A stretch of DNA of 63,974 bases, filler included, from Olpidium bornovanus S191 (lineage: Eukaryota; Fungi; Olpidiomycota), in NCBI GenBank assembly GCA_017911155.1. It is 27 parts of 27 records of this genome, joined end to end, with 100 filler letters (N's around TTAATTAATTAA, not from the genome) between each part and the next. Parts side by side here need not be neighbours in the genome. Positions count along the whole stretch, not along the records: positions 58,343 to 61,209 come from JAEFCI010001821.1; positions 61,310 to 62,873 come from JAEFCI010007122.1; positions 62,974 to 63,974 come from JAEFCI010005513.1; 24 more parts are not named here. One strand, written 5' to 3'. This document shows, in pieces, positions 58,442-63,974 of the stretch. How positions within the stretch are numbered: position 1 is the first letter of the stretch; every line of letters begins with the position of its first letter. Made by a program: the position numbers and the translations under genes. The notes below the pieces were generated by a model, which worked only from the letters and a program-made list of their open reading frames with translations, searched no databases and was not told the DNA's origin.

Positions 58442-59737
58442 TCATCCGACGGTGGCGGAAGCGAACAACGTCCTGCAGTAGATCTCCTCGTCCTCGACCA
58501 CTGCCGAAGGCCGGTCCGGGTGGAAAGGGTTCCCGTATCGCTGCAGAAAGCACGAAGTCGACGGGAGCGAGAGAGAAAGGCCCGCGAGGCGGTCTGCAGT
58601 TGAGAGATGGCGCCCCTCGCCGACGGACGTGGGCGTTTGCGGCGCCGTCGAGGCCGAGGGAGCAAACCCGGGTGGCGAGGGGGATCCGCCGACGCCGCCG
58701 CTGACCAGGAAAGCAGGGATCGGGAGGTCGGAGGGAGCCGGCGCGTTGTGGAACGTGGGCCCGGCGTACCGGATATCCAGCACGGTGGACGACGAAATGG
58801 AGGGCCGGCCCAAAGGCTTGTGGTCCCGGCCTTCGACGGCCGAATACGAACGGCGCCGCAGCTTTTTGGTGGGGACGCTCACCGGCTTGGTCGAGACAGC
58901 GTTCGCGGGCGGCGCGGCGTCGGAGACCGCCAGTGCGGCTTTGGCGTTCTTGACGCTGATCTTCTTTACCAATTGGCCTCCAAGCGATTTCCTCGACCCC
59001 GAGGCCGCTTCCTTCGCGAGCGGCGGGTGGCCGACCTGCTTGGCTTCCTCACAGTCTGAGGACGAAGCGCGAAAGGGGTCCTGCCGCTTGCCGGAACTTC
59101 TGAAAAGACCGAGGAGCGGGTCAGGTATAACTCGCGGGCCAAGCGCCGTGGGGTGGGATCGTGGGGCGGCAAGCAGAGAAGCGCGTGCTTTGGCGCACGA
59201 GCCTTTCGACGCAGTAGCCGCGTCGGGGGAAAGGGGGAGATGGCCCGCGCTCACACGCAGCAAAACAACCCACTTGGCGTTGGTGGGGTATTGGCAGCCG
59301 GCTGCATCTAGGGCGGGAAATGAGTGTTGCGGAGGGATTTTCGAGTGACGGCGGCCGGCTTTTGCGGCCTGTTGTAGTGCACGGGCGTTCTTGGCAAGGC
59401 TTGCCAGCGCCGGCGGAGCCGCGACCGCCGACGAGCTCGGCTTCCTCTCCGCCTGCTGTTGCGGCTGTTGCTGCTGCTGCTTTTCCTTCGCCGGAGAGGC
59501 CGCCGACTGCATGTGGGGCGGCGCGCAGTCGCCGTTCGCTTTCCTGTCGCGGCGCCGCTGCCTCCCCGGCTGCGGCTTGTTCTTTCCGGCCGGCGGCTGG
59601 TCCTGGAGCGCAGCAGAAGCCGCCGGCGTTCTGGGCGCAGGGAGGCGCTGCTGCTGCTGGCCGGCGCAGGCGTTTCGGACGCCGAGAGGGCCGGAGGAGT
59701 GGCCGGGGGAGAGGGGTGCGGTCATGACGGCACTCAT
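58442..59737 (-). CDS. PNRC/Edc1-motif protein (candidate mRNA decapping coactivator)
   Basis: Disordered protein with YAGPTFHNAPAPSDLPIPAF near the C-terminus; likely start MSAVMTAP at 59737. Confidence 0.75.
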   Translation of the reverse strand: MSAVMTAPLSPGHSSGPLGVRNACAGQQQQRLPAPRTPAASAALQDQPPAGKNKPQPGRQRRRDRKANGDCAPPHMQSAASPAKEKQQQQQPQQQAERKPSSSAVAAPPALASLAKNARALQQAAKAGRRHSKIPPQHSFPALDAAGCQYPTNAKWVVLLRVSAGHLPLSPDAATASKGSCAKARASLLAAPRSHPTALGPRVIPDPLLGLFRSSGKRQDPFRASSSDCEEAKQVGHPPLAKEAASGSRKSLGGQLVKKISVKNAKAALAVSDAAPPANAVSTKPVSVPTKKLRRRSYSAVEGRDHKPLGRPSISSSTVLDIRYAGPTFHNAPAPSDLPIPAFLVSGGVGGSPSPPGFAPSASTAPQTPTSVGEGRHLSTADRLAGLSLSLPSTSCFLQRYGNPFHPDRPSAVVEDEEIYCRTLFASATVG

Positions 59738-61009
59738 CCGCGGAAAATCTTCTAGAGGCAAAGCCCCGGGCGGGAGCGGGTGGGGGCAGGGGTACGGGCG
59801 CGGGAGAAGGAGCGGCGGGTATATGGGATAATGGATCGACGGGGTTGGGGTCGGCGGCGGCGGCGGCAGGGGGAAGAAGGGACGGGCGAGGTGGTGGCGC
59901 CGGCAGCGGCGCCGCGCGCGGGTGCTGCTGCTGCGGCGGGTGCTGCGGCGGGCGCGGGGGTGGCCGTTGTCGGCGAGGAGGACCGTGCGCCGCCCCACAG
60001 GGCGGACGGACGCGCTGCGCGGCGAAACTCCCGACGGTCTGCCGCGCGGCGGCGGCGGCGGCAGGCGGGAGGCGGCAGCGGCGTGCGGCGCCAGGCGGCG
60101 AGCGGACGGCGGCGGGCGGCGAGGCGTGCGGCGGCGGGCGGGCAGGGGCGGCGCGACGGCGGCGGAGGAGGAGGAAGGCGGCGGGGGCGGCGGGGGCAGC
60201 GGCGGCGGCGAACGAGCGGGCGGCGCAGCGCAGGACGGGGAGGGGCGGGAGGGGCGGGAGGGGCGGGAGGCGGGGCTAGGCGGAGGCGGGCGGCGCCGCA
60301 TGCACAGGCGGCAGGCGAGAGACGGGGAGGCGGGGCCAGGGGAGGCCGGGCGAGAGCGGAAAGGAAGGGGCAGGCGCCGTTCGTTCGGTCCCGGGAAAGG
60401 GGAAAAGGGAAGAAAGGGGCGGGGGGGGGAGGGCGAGTGCGGGCGGCGGAGCTTTCTTTTTTTTTTTTTTTTTTTTTTTGCTTCCTGCAACCTTCTCTCA
60501 AATCGCCAGCCAGAGCAAAATAAGCGGGCGCTCCTCTCTCTCGCTCTCGCTCTCTTCCGTCGCACAGCCAACGGCGAGAACTCCGCCAACGGAGGACGGG
60601 GGAGACGAAGAAAATGCGACGACAACCAGGGCGCGGGATGGGAAGCAGAGGAGAGAGCTAGTTTTCGCTTTTGTCCGCTCTTGTCCGCCCTTGCCGCGCT
60701 ATGCCCCTCTGATCCGTCACGCATCGCATCGGGAGCGGCTGGCCCCTTTTTGTGTCCGGGAGGAGCGGGGCGAGAAAGGGGACCCGCTCCTTTTCGCGCG
60801 CTTGTGCTGCGGCCTCCCCTTTTCCGACACTCCGCCATTTTCACTGGGCGAAAAGGAAAATCTGCGGGATCTTGGAGAAGTCCACGAAGCTTTCTATCCT
60901 CCGTGGTCGCGCCAAATCCCCCTTTCTTGTTCTTTTCTTTTTTGAAGATTTTCCTTCTCCGGCGGAGCGCCTGTTCAGCCACGTTGCCGACCTTAGACCT
61001 CGCCTATGC

Positions 61010-61209
61010 CGAATATCCTCTTGAACCTTGAGAACTTCCATCCTCCCAAAGAATTTGGTGAACGTGTCCGCAGGGTTATCAGCAGATGCAAATTTCTCGA
61101 CGGTGATGGTCTTTGTCAGCGACGCATTGGCAGAATTGGTGACACGCTTCGACCTCATCGACGTTTTGGCGTCTTTTGCCAACTCCGTGGCGCCGCTGTT
61201 GTCTACATG
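61010..61209 (-). mobile_element. Degenerate Ty1/copia RNase H C-terminal fragment
   Basis: VDNSGATELAKD..RSKRV..ITVEKFASADNPADTFTK (cf. DNQGAIALAKN..RTKHI..ADIFTK). Confidence 0.7.
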
Positions 61210-61329
61210 NNNNNNNNNNNNNNNNNNNNNNNNNNNNNNNNNNNNNNNNNNNNTTAATTAATTAANNNNNNNNNNNNNNNNNNNNNNNNNNNNNNNNNNN
61301 NNNNNNNNNCATGTCCCCCTCCCTCCACC

Positions 61330-62341
61330 ACCCCCTTATCCAGGGGAAACTCCCGACGGCCGCACTTTGAAGAACTGCTTCTCGTTGGCGTTCGGTGGCC
61401 GCGTCTTGTCAGCAATTCTCTGGACGGTGATGTGCTGGTGTCCTGTCGGCAGAGTAACGGGCCGAGTAACGGGCCGGTTTGAGCTGTCAGCAACTTCGGG
61501 AATGCTGGCATCAAAAAAGAAAAAAAAAGGGCAGTAAAATGAATAATCACGTTACCTTTGACGGCACCCTGCTCATCCAGCGTCTGGGGCTGGGTGTAGT
61601 ACTCCGTCTGGGCGGCATCGAAGAAACCCGTCTTCATATTCGCAGTAATCACGGACACCTGGAAGTCCTGGCCCAACGGGAGCTTGGCCTGGTTCTGCGG
61701 CTCAACGATAATTGTCTGCGACGAGACACAACAAAAAAAAAATCGCGCGAGGGAATTTACTCGAAAGTTTAGAGCCCCCGCAAGTTTCTTCCGATCAAAA
61801 AAGCCTCTCAACAAAACAACGGGAAGATCGGGGGAAGGCGGGAACGGGCGGCGGGGTGGGAGAAGGGGGGAGCGAGGGAGGGTGTACGCACGGAAACCAT
61901 CTTGTCTACGCTCGGAATCTGGCCTTGCGGGAGGGACGAGCAGGAGCCGCTGATCTGCTGGGTACCGTCTGACGGGGTCTGGCCCGTGCCTTTGCAGAAC
62001 TCAGACACCTCCGGCAGAGGCAGCAAGGTCTCGCCGGTGGCCGGGTCCACGCCGCCCTTGCCGCCTGTCGCCGCGGCAGTGGCCGGCTTGTTAGCGCCGC
62101 CAGTCGGGTCCGTAGGGCCCCCCGTCGGCCCAGGAGACCCTTGCATGCCCAGAAGGTTTTCGCCGACGGCGTCAGCGTTGGACCGCATGTCGTCTTGGTC
62201 CTGGCCGGCGGCGGTAATGTCGTTCGCGACGTCGGCGCCGTTCTTCGACCCGTCGTTTTGCGGTGTACCTTGCGCGACGACGGCCTGGCCGGCAAAGGCG
62301 GCGAGGAGGAGACAAGCCGCGAACGATTTCGGGCGCATCAT
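61330..62341 (-). CDS. Conserved fungal secreted protein of unknown function (3' partial)
   Basis: Signal peptide MMRPKSFAACLLLAAFAGQAVVA, G/T/P linker, then FCKG..SDGTQ..GSCSSLPQGQIPSVDKMVS|TIIVEPQN..NMKTGFFDAAQTEYYTQPQTL..G|HQHITVQ..FFK. Confidence 0.8.
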
Positions 62342-62801
62342 GATTGCGAGAAAAAACAGAAATAAATGAAAAGGTTGTGTAGACCGGCTACAAAAAAATA
62401 TGCGAATTTAGCTAAAAAGGACGAAGGACTTGGCGTTGGGCCGAGGGGTTATATCAATTGACAGGGTTGCGCCGGAGGGAGGGGGGAGGGGGGCGGGGAG
62501 AGGAGAGGGGGGAAGGACATCATCAAAAAGAGGTCGATCCTCGTGGCCGACTCTCGGAGTCTTTAAACATTTTCTCGGTTCCTTGATCGCCCTCCAGGCA
62601 AACGCAAACTTCTCGGCGCTTCTCGGCGGCAAACGCAGACTTCCTGTCGGCACCCGATTGCCCTCTCAGGGGAAACGTTCGGGATAGTCTAACAGCGCAA
62701 TCAGCGTTTGTCTCTCAGGCCCTCCGCGGGGATTATTTTGCCGCAGGGGGGAGCCCGCCGGCCAATGAGCGCGCGTGCGGTGGATTTACGAGCCGCGTGG
62801 G

Positions 62802-62870
<69 letters not shown>

Positions 62871-63974
62871 TGGNNNNNNNNNNNNNNNNNNNNNNNNNNN
62901 NNNNNNNNNNNNNNNNNTTAATTAATTAANNNNNNNNNNNNNNNNNNNNNNNNNNNNNNNNNNNNNNNNNNNNGTTTGACGGAAGCGACCCTGCCACAGT
63001 CAGGCACCGATCCGACCTGCCTGCGGGGGAAGCCGACCGACGTCGGGATGCCAGAAGCGAAGTCGGACTGGGAAGGAAACTCGACAGAGAAGGTGGCCTG
63101 AAACGCCTCTAGAAATTGCATAACGACACCAGGCAGTTACAGACTCCCAGCGACGGAGTGCGGCGGCCGGGACTTGCCGGCGGCCAGTGGCCGTGGATGA
63201 AAAATATTGGGGATTGAAACTTCCTTTCCCAAAACCGGGTTCTGCTCTCGTTATGCGGCCGTCGAGACCTCGACCAGCGAAGGTGCCATCCGAGCGCGGC
63301 CATTAGGTACTGAAGCTGCTGACTCCAGCGCGCGGATAAACCTGACTGCGTTCAGGGTGATTTGCCCAATTTTGCGCCGAAGGCGTCAAGAATTCTGATT
63401 CAGCTGGCTAAAACTACGTGCTGCAGTCGTTCTCATAAGCAGCCAAACAGTAAAAGAGCTTATTGTACGTTCTTTCGGCCGTGTCGTTGAACGGGCGAAA
63501 CGCGTAGCAGCAGACTTTTAGAATGTCGCCTGGATAACATTTCTCTTGACCTAGTCCTTTGATTAGTTATATATTTGCTTCATAATGCTTTTTCAGTGAG
63601 GTCCCGGCCGTTTGGTGTTGACGGAGTGTCAGAGCCGACAGATTCTAACCCGCGGCACTGCGACTCTCCTAGGAGTGGCCGCGGTAGCGGTCCTCAAATT
63701 GAGGTCTTTCAGCAGCCCACTTGGCCTCAGGGATGGTCAATGGAAGTGGTTCAATGATGGAGTCAAAGAGCCAGGGCGGGCTAACACGATAGGCCGAAGG
63801 CAGGCCGACAAGTGGCTCGCAGGAAGTAATGACTTTGCGGAACAGGGAGCGGCGACTAACAAACAGCAGACGTGCTGAGCCGCCCGGCCTTCGTGCTTTC
63901 GCGTCGCCGGCCGCTGGGTCGCGTAGCCCTCGCGACTTCGCGTCGACGGCCGAGGAGCTGCGCGTTCTTCGCGA

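Noticed and set aside
59738-60982. N-terminal ~415 aa of the 846-aa ORF and overlapping R/P/G-rich ORFs
   Set aside because: Stop-poor GC-rich upstream DNA that is open in several frames on both strands; no domain signal.
63198-63398. ILGIETS as a Kae1/TsaD N-terminus
   Set aside because: The expected CD..-type continuation and HxxxH motif are absent; likely chance.
63612-63878. WFNDG as a retroelement RNase H motif
   Set aside because: A single weak motif with no other supporting residues.
1-63974. Gene-cluster or operon interpretation of neighbouring genes
   Set aside because: Contigs are arbitrarily concatenated (ESS2 halves are about 11 kb apart with other contigs in between), so cross-contig adjacency carries no information.

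Overview
This window is not a contiguous locus. It is 27 short contigs (about 1-4.7 kb) joined by 26 artificial 100-bp spacers (44 N + TTAATTAATTAA + 44 N). The DNA is from a GC-rich, intron-rich fungus; a TTC6-like TPR gene and a metazoan-like BLOC1S2 suggest an early-diverging, probably zoosporic lineage (inference). Recognisable, mostly partial genes: myosin V (motor and tail), BLOC1S2, ABCC transporter, SLC35F/EamA transporter, ESS2 (split over two contigs), PH-ArfGAP, tRNA-Gly(TCC), flavohemoglobin, an SRA/YDG protein, a GPI-type chitin deacetylase, MRE11, a histidine phosphatase, SIS1, RPN3, PDA1, a PNRC-motif protein and a conserved secreted protein. There are also many transposon relics. 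Top leads: (1) a 102-aa secreted precursor with an X-Pro dipeptide pro-region and a Gly/Lys/Tyr-repeat cationic tail (19117-19425); (2) two copies of a copia element whose gag and PBS resemble the plant Bianca lineage (13898-15238, 55875-56940); (3) a myosin V gene whose motor and tail sit back-to-back across an intronic inversion junction; (4) a stand-alone SRA 5mC-reader. Caveats: 22 of 52 internal contig ends are exactly CATG, and single-base frameshifts recur in conserved genes. Adjacency and pseudogene calls therefore need read-level confirmation. All family assignments are from motif recognition by eye; no searches were run.
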